Positions 1 to 10,828 of a stretch of 64,000 nucleotides of DNA are shown here, piece after piece. The notes beneath the pieces are model-generated. The model was not told the origin of the DNA, searched no databases, and saw only the letters and a program-made list of their open reading frames with translations. Source of the stretch: Paraphysomonas bandaiensis (Eukaryota > Protista > Chrysophyceae); contig CBFFRP010000066.1 of assembly GCA_965644295.1 (NCBI GenBank), positions 124,001-188,000 of the forward strand, given 5' to 3'. A program made the translations under genes and the position numbers. Every line of letters starts with the position of its first letter. Within the stretch, counting starts at the first letter, position 1.

Positions 1-309
1 GATGTAGCCGCTACAAGGCTGCTGCAGAGAAGGTTCAGGAACTGGTTCAGAAGCACTTTTCTATTGAGGTTCACCTGCTGGCAGTAACTGTGTATGTGAT
101 GGTACCGTACCTGTGATCCTGTGCTTCTAAGCCACTCGTTCATACATACATCAACCCTCTTGCTATCATCTCAGCTCAGTAATCACAGAGTGCGAAGGGT
201 ACAGTTGGGATTGCATTATATACCACTATATTGTCATCTTCTACACTGGCCCGTAAAGTATGAACACCCCCGTATACATGCACAGCAGTATATCCATATG
301 ATTCTAGTA

Positions 310-445
310 CGAAGTGTGGTATTACAAACCCCTGTTTTTATTGGATTGTGTAATTGGAAACCTCTGTTTTTAAAATTGAGCGAAGTGTGTTTCTGGAAAC
401 CCCTGTTTTTATTTGATTGTGTTATTGGAAATCCCTGTTTTTGTA
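310..445. repeat. Two imperfect ~70-bp tandem units containing four GGAAACCCCTGTTTTT-like motifs (second copy at ~4565-4700)
   Basis: cgaagtgtg...aaacccctgtttttatt.gattgtgt.attggaaa...ctgttttt occurs twice in tandem. Confidence 0.7.
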
Positions 446-615
446 GTATCACCCATACAAACAACAGCGATTTTGAGATTTCTCGAAACTACGAGAACTT
501 GGTGAAATTTCAGTTTTTCAATGCTAATAACAACACAACATTTCGTACAACGCTGTGTTACTGAAGTGTTTAGTGGCTGTAGCTGTGCAGATGAGGAGAG
601 AAGGCTTCGAAGATA

Positions 616-653
616 TGAAGTGAAGTGAAGTGAAGTGAAGTGAAGTGAGAAGT
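616..653. repeat. (TGAAG)n pentanucleotide microsatellite (copy at ~4874-4911)
   Basis: tgaagtgaagtgaag... read directly. Confidence 0.9.
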
Positions 654-869
654 ACAAAACTTCACTTTTATACAGTCAGAATACCATAAAATACGTAGAA
701 GGTTAAGATACTAGTGGAATCAGAACATGCAGAACCCCCAACACACTCCTCGAGCTCAGCTGACCAGCCTGATGTGGATAGTCCGCCATTCCATCACTGC
801 ACTCGGAGACCTTCATAGTCAGCCATACTGTGGAACCATACGCAGACTTGAACTTGTCGAAACCATAAT

Positions 870-3065
870 ATGGATATGCATGTGATCATCATTGCAATCC
901 ATGCACTAACCACAGCAGCCCAGACCTACTTGGGTTCATACGATACACCTCATCTTGCCATTGATGTGCATGTGGTGAATGAGGTGGCGTATGTAGCTGA
1001 TGGTTCTTCAGGATTGCTGATTATCGATGTGAGTGATTCCACCAGCCCATCGCTACTGGGCTCTTACGATACACCTGGTTATGCCGAGGGGGTGTATGTA
1101 CTGAATGAGGTGGCGTATGTTGCTGATTGGTATTCAGGATTGCAGATTATTAATGTGAGTGATTCGACCAGTCCATCTCTACTGGGTTCATACGATACAC
1201 CTGGTATTGCCAATGCGGTGTATGTGTTGAATGACGTGGCGTATGTTACTGATGGTGCTTCAGGATTGCAGATTATTAACGTGAGTGACTCGACCAGCCC
1301 ATTGCAACTGGGTTCTTACGATACACCTGGTAGTGCCCGTGGGGCGTATGTGGTGAATGACATGGCGTATGTTGCCGATTATACCGCAGGATTGCTGATT
1401 ATTGACGTGAGTGATTCGACCAACCCATTGCTCTTGGGTTCTTACGATACACCTCATACTGCCTTTGGGGTGTATGTGGTGAATGACGTGGCGTATGTTG
1501 CTGATGCATATTCAGGATTGCTGATTATTGACGTGAGTGATTCGACCAGTCCGTTGTTATTGGGTTCTTACGATACACCTTATGAGGCCTTCTGGGTATA
1601 TGTGGTGAATGAGGTGGCGTATGTTGCTGATGCATCTTCAGGATTGCAGATTATTGACGTGAGTGATTCGACCAGCCCATATCTATTGGGTTCATACGAT
1701 ACACCTCATTTTGCATTTGTGGTGCATGTGGTGAATGAGGTGGCGTATGTTGCTGATGGTTATTCAGGATTGCAGATTATTGCCGTGAGCGATTCAATTC
1801 CGTCATCGATTCCCACTTTGCAGCCAACCACGTCAATCCCCTCTGCAATTCCTTCAGAGATTCCTACTTTGCAGCCAACCACGTCAATCCCCTCTGCAAT
1901 TCCTTCAGAGATTCCTACTTTGCAGCCGACCACGTCGATTCCTTCATCGGTTCCCACTTTGCAGCCAACCACGTCAATTCCCTCATTGTACCCCACTTTG
2001 CAGCCAACAACGTCAATTCCCTCATGGGTTCCTTCATCGATTCCTACTGTTCAGCCGACCACGTCATTCCCCTCTTCATTTCCCTCATCTATTCCTACTT
2101 TGCAGCCAACCACGTCAATCCCCTCTTCAATTCCGTCATCGATTCCCACTTTGCAGCCAACCACGTCAATCCCCTCTGCAATTCCTTCAGAGATTCCTAC
2201 TTTGCAGCCGACCACGTCAATCCCCTCTTCAATTCCTTCATCGATTCCTACTCTTCAGCCGACCACGTCAATCCCCTCTTCATTTCCCTCATCGATTCCT
2301 ACTTTGCAGCCGACCACCTCAATTCCCTCATCGATTCCCACTTTGCAACCGACCACCTCAATCCCCTCTTCAATTCCCTCATCGATTCCCACTTTGCAGC
2401 CTGCCACATCACTTCCCTCATCGAGTCCCACAACGCAGCCTACCACTTCTCTTCCTACTTCGCAGCCTACGCTATTTGGCTACAGGGCGTCACCGTATTC
2501 TACCCCTCATCCCTATGAAAATTTGGCTACCTATAGCCACAGTTTCTACGAACCTAGCGCTGCTAAAATAAAAGTGCATTTCTCCATGTTCGAAACAGAA
2601 GAGGACTATGATGTGGTTGAACTGATTAACTCTGATGGTGTGATTCAGCAGAGTTATTCAGGGGCTTTGGGACAATTTGATAGCACATGGGTTAGTGGAA
2701 ATCAGGTGAATATTAGACTGGCTACTGATTCCACATATACTTCATATGGATTTGATGTAACTGGCTTTACCTTTTCTAAAGAGCCGTTAAGTAGTGAGTC
2801 AGGCGATGGCGGTGGGAGTGGTAGTAGTCGTGGCAATTACTGGTGGTTGTATCTACTGATTTTAATACTTCCAGTTATTGTTGCTTTTGTTTGTTTCTTT
2901 TATTGGTGCAACAACTACCGTAAGAGGCGTACTGCTGATCACCCTCCTTCCTATACTGATGTTCAAATGGTGCCAACAAACACTTCCGTTCCTACCAAAA
3001 GTCGACCTGGGCATGACACCTGGGAAGTGGATTTGACGAGCATTTCATATGAAAATAACATATAG
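870..3065 (+). CDS. Type I membrane protein: signal peptide, 7 LVIVD-type beta-propeller repeats, PT/PS mucin-like stalk, CUB-like domain, TM helix, short cytosolic tail
   Basis: 731-aa intronless ORF; 42-aa repeat [40 protein letters not shown]; [11 protein letters not shown] repeats; STPHPYEN...IKVHFSMFETEEDYDVV CUB signature; WWLYLLILILPVIVAFVCFF TM followed by RKRR. Confidence 0.9.
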   Translation: MDMHVIIIAIHALTTAAQTYLGSYDTPHLAIDVHVVNEVAYVADGSSGLLIIDVSDSTSPSLLGSYDTPGYAEGVYVLNEVAYVADWYSGLQIINVSDSTSPSLLGSYDTPGIANAVYVLNDVAYVTDGASGLQIINVSDSTSPLQLGSYDTPGSARGAYVVNDMAYVADYTAGLLIIDVSDSTNPLLLGSYDTPHTAFGVYVVNDVAYVADAYSGLLIIDVSDSTSPLLLGSYDTPYEAFWVYVVNEVAYVADASSGLQIIDVSDSTSPYLLGSYDTPHFAFVVHVVNEVAYVADGYSGLQIIAVSDSIPSSIPTLQPTTSIPSAIPSEIPTLQPTTSIPSAIPSEIPTLQPTTSIPSSVPTLQPTTSIPSLYPTLQPTTSIPSWVPSSIPTVQPTTSFPSSFPSSIPTLQPTTSIPSSIPSSIPTLQPTTSIPSAIPSEIPTLQPTTSIPSSIPSSIPTLQPTTSIPSSFPSSIPTLQPTTSIPSSIPTLQPTTSIPSSIPSSIPTLQPATSLPSSSPTTQPTTSLPTSQPTLFGYRASPYSTPHPYENLATYSHSFYEPSAAKIKVHFSMFETEEDYDVVELINSDGVIQQSYSGALGQFDSTWVSGNQVNIRLATDSTYTSYGFDVTGFTFSKEPLSSESGDGGGSGSSRGNYWWLYLLILILPVIVAFVCFFYWCNNYRKRRTADHPPSYTDVQMVPTNTSVPTKSRPGHDTWEVDLTSISYENNI

Positions 3066-4255
3066 TAGAGTTGTCATAAGAATTCTTCTGAGCCATAAGC
3101 ATCAGTTTAAATGCTTGTTAGTAACAGGTTCATAAAAAGGAAAAGACATTATGAGAGTACTACTGACTGATACTCATGCTGTACACAATTATTGCTTACT
3201 GTAATATTATAATTACCATCACGATTGTGAATTGTGACCCCTTGACCACTTACTCTGTTGGTGACGAAGTTGGAAAATTTTAATTTTGGCCCTTTTTGGC
3301 CCTCGGCCCGCATTTGGCCCTCTACTACAACTAACAATAATAACAATAATTCTTAATTAAAAACACACATAACACACACTACAACTACAAGCAACAATAA
3401 CGCACAAAGCAAAGGGCAGTATTACGCACAAAGCAAAGGGTCAAATTTAGCAAGAGTTATTAATATCTTAAGCAAGAGCAACTTTTTTACCAAAACATTT
3501 TTCGGGGCTGGGGGCTCCACACGCTTCGAGTCTACGAGCCGGCGTCCACTGCCCCCAGGCCCCCGCCCCTAAACAACGCCGGGGCGCCTGAGCCCTGCCG
3601 GCGGCAATACAGCATGTCTCAATAGCATGAATCCTTACATCACAAGACATAACTGACGGATACGCAACCACCAAAAAACCTCATAGGACAAACCGGTGGA
3701 CGTATGACTCCGACGTTTCAGCAAGTCTCACCATAGGCAACACATCTGAAAGATCTTCTGTCTCTGATAATAGCACGTATGATTTCGTATCCTCGTCACT
3801 GAGATCAATCACACCACATCATTCAACTTCAACGCTAAGTCGCGAGCACCCTGGCTGTCAGGAAGAATGGAGTGGGTTAGGGTTAGCGGATGGAATATTT
3901 GACCAGTCCACCAATCAATATATTGTACAATGTATTGCAATACAATATATTATTCCCTATCCCTGGGGTAAACTATTTCCTATACACACTGACTGCATCT
4001 TGTGTATCAGAGTCATGCAGCAGAAGTTGTCTCGGTGTAAGATCGGAACTTCTTATATGCCACATACGGCAGAGTAACTGCTGCGTAAGTGTTCTGGATT
4101 GAGAGTAATGCTCTTAGGGTGCAATGCGCAGGTAATCAACACTGGCCAACGGTGGTGCCCCATCCAGAGCTAGACTTCCAGCGACTCGCCAGGTATGGTA
4201 GATATGAAACATCTACGTGTATATTACACCCCCCTATATGGTGACATGAAAGGTG

Positions 4256-7200
4256 GATGTAGCCGCTACAAGGCTGCTGCAGAGAAGGTTCAGGAACTGG
4301 TTCAGAAGCACTTTTCTATTGAGGTTCACCTGCTGGCAGTAACTGTGTATGTGATGGTACCGTACCTGTGATCCTGTGCTTCTAAGCCACTCGTTCATAC
4401 ATACATCAACCCTCTTGCTATCATCTCAGCTCAGTAATCACAGAGTGCGAAGGGTACAGTTGGGATTGCATTATATACCACTATATTGTCATCTTCTACA
4501 CTGGCCCGTAAAGTATGAACACCCCCGTATACATGCACAGCAGTATATCCATATGATTCTAGTACGAAGTGTGGTATTACAAACCCCTGTTTTTATTGGA
4601 TTGTGTAATTGGAAACCTCTGTTTTTAAAATTGAGCGAAGTGTGTTTCTGGAAACCCCTGTTTTTATTTGATTGTGTTATTGGAAATCCCTGTTTTTGTA
4701 GTATCACCCATACAAACAACAGCGATTTTGAGATTTCTCGAAACTACGAGAACTTGGTGAAATTTCAGTTTTTCAATGCTAATAACAACACAACATTTCG
4801 TACAACGCTGTGTATGTACTGAAGTGTTTAGTGGCTGTAGCTGTGCAGATGGGGAGAGAAGGCTTCGAAGATATGAAGTGAAGTGAAGTGAAGTGAAGTG
4901 AAGTGAGAAGTACAAAACTTCACTTTTTATACAGTCAGAATACCATAAAATACGTAGAAGGTTAAGATACTAGTGGAATCAGAACATGCAGAACCCCCAA
5001 CACACTCCTCGAGCTCAGCTGACCAGCCTGATGTGGATAGTCCGCCATTCCATCACTGCACTCGGAGACCTTCATAGTCAGTCATACTGTGGAACCATAC
5101 GCAGACTTGAACTTGTCGAAACCATAATATGGATATGCATGTGATCATCATTGCAATCCATGCACTAACCACAGCAGCCCAGACCTACTTGGGTTCATAC
5201 GATACACCTCATCTTGCCATTGATGTGCATGTGGTGAATGAGGTGGCGTATGTAGCTGATGGTTCTTCAGGATTGCTGATTATCGATGTGAGTGATTCCA
5301 CCAGCCCATCGCTACTGGGCTCTTACGATACACCTGGTTATGCCGAGGGGGTGTATGTACTGAATGAGGTGGCGTATGTTGCTGATTGGTATTCAGGATT
5401 GCAGATTATTAATGTGAGTGATTCGACCAGTCCATCTCTACTGGGTTCATACGATACACCTGGTATTGCCAATGCGGTGTATGTGTTGAATGACGTGGCG
5501 TATGTTACTGATGGTGCTTCAGGATTGCAGATTATTAACGTGAGTGACTCGACCAGCCCATTGCAACTGGGTTCTTACGATACACCTGGTAGTGCCCGTG
5601 GGGCGTATGTGGTGAATGACATGGCGTATGTTGCCGATTATACCGCAGGATTGCTGATTATTGACGTGAGTGATTCGACCAACCCATTGCTCTTGGGTTC
5701 ATACGATACACCTCATCTTGCCATTGATGTGCATGTGGTGAATGAGGTGGCGTATGTTGCTGATGGTTCTTCAGGATTGCTGATTATTGACGTGAGTGAT
5801 TCCACCAGCCCATCGCTATTGGGATATCACGATACACCTAGTAGTGCCCGTGGGGTGTACGTGGTGAATGAGGTGGCGTATGTTGCTGATGGTGCTTCAG
5901 GATTGCTGATATTTCAAGTGAGTGATTCGACCAGCCCATCGCTATTGGGATATCACGATACACCTCATATTGCCCGTGGGGTGTATGTGGTGAATGAGGT
6001 GGCGTATGTTGCTGACGGTTATTCAGGATTGCAGATTATTGACGTGAGTGATTCGACCAGCCCATTGCTACTGAGTTCTTACGATACACCTGATGATGCC
6101 CGTGGGGTGTATGTGGTGAATGAGGTAGCGTATGTTGCTGATGGTGCTTCAGGATTGCAGATTATTGACGTGAGTGATTCGACCAGCCCATTGCTACTGG
6201 GTACATACGATACACCTCATTATGCCCGTGGGGTGCATGTGGTGAATGAGGTGGCGTATGTTGCTGATGCAAATTCAGGATTGCAGATTATTGACGTGAG
6301 TGATTCGACCAGCCCATTGCTATTGGGTTCTTACGATACACCTGATGATGCCTTCTGGGTGTATGTGGTGAATGAGGTGGCGTATGTTGCTGATGGTTAT
6401 TCAGGATTGCTGATTATTGATGTGAGTGATTCGACCAGCCCATTGCTATTGGGTTCATACGTTACACCTGATTTTGCACTTGAGGTGTATGTGGTGAATG
6501 AGGTGGCGTATGTTGCTGATGCAAATTCAGGATTGCAGATTATTGACGTGAGTGATTCAAATCCCTCATTGATTCCCACTTTGCAGCCGACCACCTCATA
6601 TCCCTCATGGATTCCCACTTTGCAGCCGACCACGTCAATCCCCTCTTCAATTCCTTCATCGATTCCCACTTTGCATCCGACCACGTCATTCCCATCTTCA
6701 AGTCCATCATCGATTCCCTCGTCTATTCCCACTGTGCATCCGACCACGTCATTCCCCTCCTCAATTCCTTCAACGAATCCCACTTTGCAGCCAACCACGT
6801 CAATTCCCTCATCGATTCCCACTTTGCAGCCGACCACGTCAATTCCCTCCTCCGTTCCCACTTCGCAGCCGACTACGTCAATCCCCTCATTGATTCCCAC
6901 TTTGCAGCCAACCACGTCAATTCCCTCATCGCTTCCGACTCTTCATCCGACCACGTCATTCCCCTCCTCGGTTCCCACTTCGCATCCGACCACGTCAATT
7001 CCCTCATCGATTCCCACTTTGCAGCCGACCACGTCAATTCCCTCCTCCGTTCCCACTTCGCAGCCGACTACGTCAATCCCCTCATTGATTCCCACTTTGC
7101 AGCCAACCACGTCAATTCCCTCATCGCTTCCGACTCTTCATCCGACCACGTCATTCCCCTCCTCGGTTCCCACTTCGCAGCCAACCACGTCAATTCCCTC

Positions 7201-8290
7201 ATCGATTCCCACTTTGCAGCCGACCACGTCAATTCCCTCCTCCGTTCCCACTTCGCAGCCGACTACGTCAATCCCCTCCTCGGTTCCCACTTCGCAGCCG
7301 ACTACGTCAATCCCCTCATTGATTCCCACTTTGCATCCGACCACGTCAATTCCCTCATCGGTTCCCACTGTTCATCCGACCACGTCATTCCCCTCCTCAA
7401 TTCCCTCATCGATTCCCACTTTGCATCCGACAACGTCAATTCCCTCCTCGGTTCCCACTTCGCAGCCGACCACTTCTGTTCCTACTTCACAGCCTACGCT
7501 TTTTGGCTACAGGGCGTCATCGTATTCTACCCCCCATCCCTATGAAAATTTGGCTACCTATAGCCACAGTTTCTACGAACCTAGCGCTGCTAAAATAAAA
7601 GTGCATTTCTCCATGTTTGAAACAGAAGAGGACTATGATGTGGTTGAACTGATTAACTCTGATGGTGTGATCCAGGAGAGTTATTCAGGGGCTTTGGGAC
7701 AATTCGATAGCACATGGGTTAGTGGAAATCAGGTGAATATTAGACTGGCTACTGATTCCACATATACCTCATATGGATTTGATGTAACTGGCTTTACCTT
7801 TTCTAAAGAGCCGTTAAGTAGTGAGTCAGGCGATGGCGGTGGGAGTGGTAGTAGTCGTGGCAATTACTGGTGGTTGTATCTACTGATCTTGATACTTCCA
7901 ATTATCGTTGCTTTTGTTTGTTTCGGTAATTGGTGCAACAACTACCGTAAGAGGCGTACTGCTGATCATCATCCTTCCTATACTGATGTTCAAATGGTGC
8001 CAACTAACACTTCCGTTCCTACCAAAAGTCGACCTGGGCATGACACCTGGGAAGTGGATTTGACGAGCTTTTCATATGAAAATAACATATAGTAGAGTTG
8101 CCATAAGAATTCTTCTGGAGCCATAAGCATCAGTTTAAATGCTTGTTAGTAACAGGTTCATAAAAAGGAATAAACATTATGAGAGTACTACTGACTGATA
8201 CTCATGCTGTACACAATTATTGCTTGTTGTAATATTATAATTACCATCACGACTGTGACCCCTTGACCACTTACTCTGTTGATGACGAAT
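4256..8290. repeat. Segmental duplication, copy B
   Basis: gatgtagccgctacaagg restarts at 4256; similarity to copy A ends near ctgttgatgacgaa at ~8290. Confidence 0.95.
5129..8092 (+). CDS. Paralogous LVIVD-repeat membrane protein with 11 repeats, longer PT stalk, CUB-like domain, TM and tail
   Basis: 987-aa intronless ORF; N-terminus and repeats 1-4 identical to 870..3065; C-terminal region differs by only a few residues. Confidence 0.9.
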   Translation: MDMHVIIIAIHALTTAAQTYLGSYDTPHLAIDVHVVNEVAYVADGSSGLLIIDVSDSTSPSLLGSYDTPGYAEGVYVLNEVAYVADWYSGLQIINVSDSTSPSLLGSYDTPGIANAVYVLNDVAYVTDGASGLQIINVSDSTSPLQLGSYDTPGSARGAYVVNDMAYVADYTAGLLIIDVSDSTNPLLLGSYDTPHLAIDVHVVNEVAYVADGSSGLLIIDVSDSTSPSLLGYHDTPSSARGVYVVNEVAYVADGASGLLIFQVSDSTSPSLLGYHDTPHIARGVYVVNEVAYVADGYSGLQIIDVSDSTSPLLLSSYDTPDDARGVYVVNEVAYVADGASGLQIIDVSDSTSPLLLGTYDTPHYARGVHVVNEVAYVADANSGLQIIDVSDSTSPLLLGSYDTPDDAFWVYVVNEVAYVADGYSGLLIIDVSDSTSPLLLGSYVTPDFALEVYVVNEVAYVADANSGLQIIDVSDSNPSLIPTLQPTTSYPSWIPTLQPTTSIPSSIPSSIPTLHPTTSFPSSSPSSIPSSIPTVHPTTSFPSSIPSTNPTLQPTTSIPSSIPTLQPTTSIPSSVPTSQPTTSIPSLIPTLQPTTSIPSSLPTLHPTTSFPSSVPTSHPTTSIPSSIPTLQPTTSIPSSVPTSQPTTSIPSLIPTLQPTTSIPSSLPTLHPTTSFPSSVPTSQPTTSIPSSIPTLQPTTSIPSSVPTSQPTTSIPSSVPTSQPTTSIPSLIPTLHPTTSIPSSVPTVHPTTSFPSSIPSSIPTLHPTTSIPSSVPTSQPTTSVPTSQPTLFGYRASSYSTPHPYENLATYSHSFYEPSAAKIKVHFSMFETEEDYDVVELINSDGVIQESYSGALGQFDSTWVSGNQVNIRLATDSTYTSYGFDVTGFTFSKEPLSSESGDGGGSGSSRGNYWWLYLLILILPIIVAFVCFGNWCNNYRKRRTADHHPSYTDVQMVPTNTSVPTKSRPGHDTWEVDLTSFSYENNI

Positions 8291-10828
8291 GTTGAGTTCT
8301 GCTATATGATGTGATATATATCGTGCAATTGAAGTGAGTTAATAGTGTGAATCATTGCTCTGATTCTTCTCAGAGCTACTAAATGAAACAGGCTAGAGTC
8401 ATGAACCTCCATTTTAGGTTCTCCCTCCATGGTAATAATAGATAACTAACAATGAATATGACTACAACTACAATAATACTATCTACAAGCAACTTCCAGA
8501 GTACAGAAATTGCATCTTATTATCAATAATCAATATATACATATGATTCCCAGGCCAGAGGAAGGCCTACAGGAATGACCTTCATCCATATACATTACTA
8601 ATAGCTCAGCCTGATGACAACTGATTCATCATCTATGCATAAGGGAAGATACATTCAGTATTCTCATTGTATACGTACTTCCAAGTACAGTTCAATAAAC
8701 AATAAGTACCTCTAATGAAATACATAAGTACAACTGTATTACTGGATAATCTGGCAATACACGTCTATCAGCGTGGATATCAAACCCGGAATTCTCCAGT
8801 AAACTTCTCCAGCCTTAAGCATTAATATATATATATAATAAGAACATATACATATATATCATCAATCATAATATCTTCATCATTGAACTTCATTATTGGT
8901 AATCCTGTCTTTCTTTGTCTTTTGAATAGATATTCAAGTATCAATGATAAGCATGAATTGTCATAGTCATAATATATCATATATCCTACTGTGAAATATG
9001 GCAATAATAATAATATTCAACCTATGTTGCACATATAGTATATGTACAAACTTAAGCATATACAATAGAGAGCTCATATAGCATAAAATAACCAGATGGC
9101 TGGTTATTACACCCCCCCCTCCAGCAGTCGCATACGCCAGTATGCGGAACGAAGTTCACTGCGTACCTAGTATGTAGTTTCCTACTAGTTGGATAAATCC
9201 GGACTTCGTACTCGTCAAATTTAGCATCATAAAACACATCACATTGCAGCTGCACACCTTCATATGGACCTTCAAATTTCGCCTGTAGTATGGCCTTAAT
9301 TTGGTATGGTTCTTCATTGTGTATTAGTTATAATAACTCATTACAAGCATCCAATTTGATTGAGCAGGGTTGATATCATATCATACGACATTGCGCCACA
9401 AGTGACATTCGTGCGTAATATATTGCATCTGCAAAGTATCAACTCATCCAATATGACCTTAATATTCATCAAAGCATACTTATATTAATCAAACCATTAT
9501 AACAGTGTCATAAACAGTCATTGGGGTTAAATTTACTGCAAAACAGGTCAACTACACCCGTGGTTGTAGGGGTTTGGGACATGGATGCCCATACAGCAAA
9601 GATCTTTGAAAGAACGTAATTCCAACAAATAAAAGACGAAACTCAGTATGAAGATTTCATATCACTCAAACATTAAGAATGATCACGATTCCTTGAATTG
9701 GAAGGCATATGGGACCATTAAGTGCAGCAAGGAAGATGCAATTAGGGACATATCCTCCTATAATGACCTGTGCATATTTCTTTACCGTTTATTAATGAAA
9801 CCAGAATAAGAACTCATGATCTCATCTTTGCAATCACAACATTGTTATCAGCAACTGGTCTCTGCTATGTACCTCACAGTGAGTTCAGGAGCTCTCCATA
9901 AACTGTGAATTTTGATGCAGGATAACAATTGCAATCTTACAATCAAATTTCCACCAAAGCTTGTGGAAGTTGGACTCCACACCTCCAGAATAGCATGTTC
10001 TATTGGTAACCCAGTGTGTTAATGTGGTATGTCTCAATGTTGGAGCATATGATTGACATATGCATGGAGGGGACCTTAACCTACAGCAGTATAAAACTGT
10101 GTGGAATACGGTGTCTGGAATGGGAAATAAACTGAAAAAAACTGCCTAGAGTTTTTTCCGCCACTACGTAGAAGTGCTTACAGCCGTTCTTAAACAAAAA
10201 AAAACTACCAAAAAACCTCGGAAAAATCCTACCTTATACAAAACCTACCCATTCTGTGTACAATATGCCGATTATTTTCTTAAAAAATGTGTAGTTTTGT
10301 TACATTTTGGAGTGAAAAACCTAGGAACTTTTTAGTTTAGGTTGTGTAATTCATTTTACATAGTTCTTCTAGTTTCGCTAAACCCAAAAACTCACACACA
10401 CTACAATAGAGAATAATTTTTTCTCGTGTAAACTCCCAAAAATCTGCCTTTAGTTTTACATAGATCGGTGGGTTTTCTCGTTTTTGTCTTTTTTTGTCTC
10501 ACTATAATTTGTGGTCATTTTCTGTCCACTAGTAAGAGCATTTTTCGGGTAGTTTTTTGAAAATTGTTACAAAATTGCATACTGTGGAGATATTACCCTA
10601 GTTTTAGAGAGAAAAAAACGAAATATCCTGGTTTTTATACCTTTATAGCCGAAAACGTTTTAGAGGACACACTCTGAGCAATCATCAAGAAGGAGATGCA
10701 CTCACCCTACATGCATGTATCTAAACACTTGATCATATTTCTCCATATCTCATAGACTTTCATACTCAGTCATTATATTATGGTACTACTCTAACTTGAA
10801 TCTGTCTATTGGGGCTGGAAACCATAAT

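Larger units (their letters stand above)
1..3268. repeat. Segmental duplication, copy A (upstream region + LVIVD gene + 3' flank); left end may extend beyond the window
   Basis: 1-~1440 is near-identical to 4256-~5700 (offset 4255-4259, with a few SNPs and indels). The CUB/TM/tail and 3' flank (~2460-3268) match ~7490-8290. Confidence 0.95.

Noticed and set aside
121-657. ORFs 121..564, 234..464, 409..657 and their copies at 4376-4915
   Set aside because: Non-ATG or overlapping frames across repeats and a microsatellite; recurrence is explained by the segmental duplication
3873-3886. gggttagggttag telomere-like motif
   Set aside because: Only two units; compatible with chance
1760-7545. Antisense and alternate-frame ORFs (VGCKVGIDEG..., DSHFAADHV...)
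   Set aside because: Shadows of the PT/PS stalk repeats
8820-10090. Short ORFs between LVIVD genes 2 and 3 as an RT or recombinase for the array
   Set aside because: No RT, integrase or transposase motifs recognisable; frames are short and interrupted
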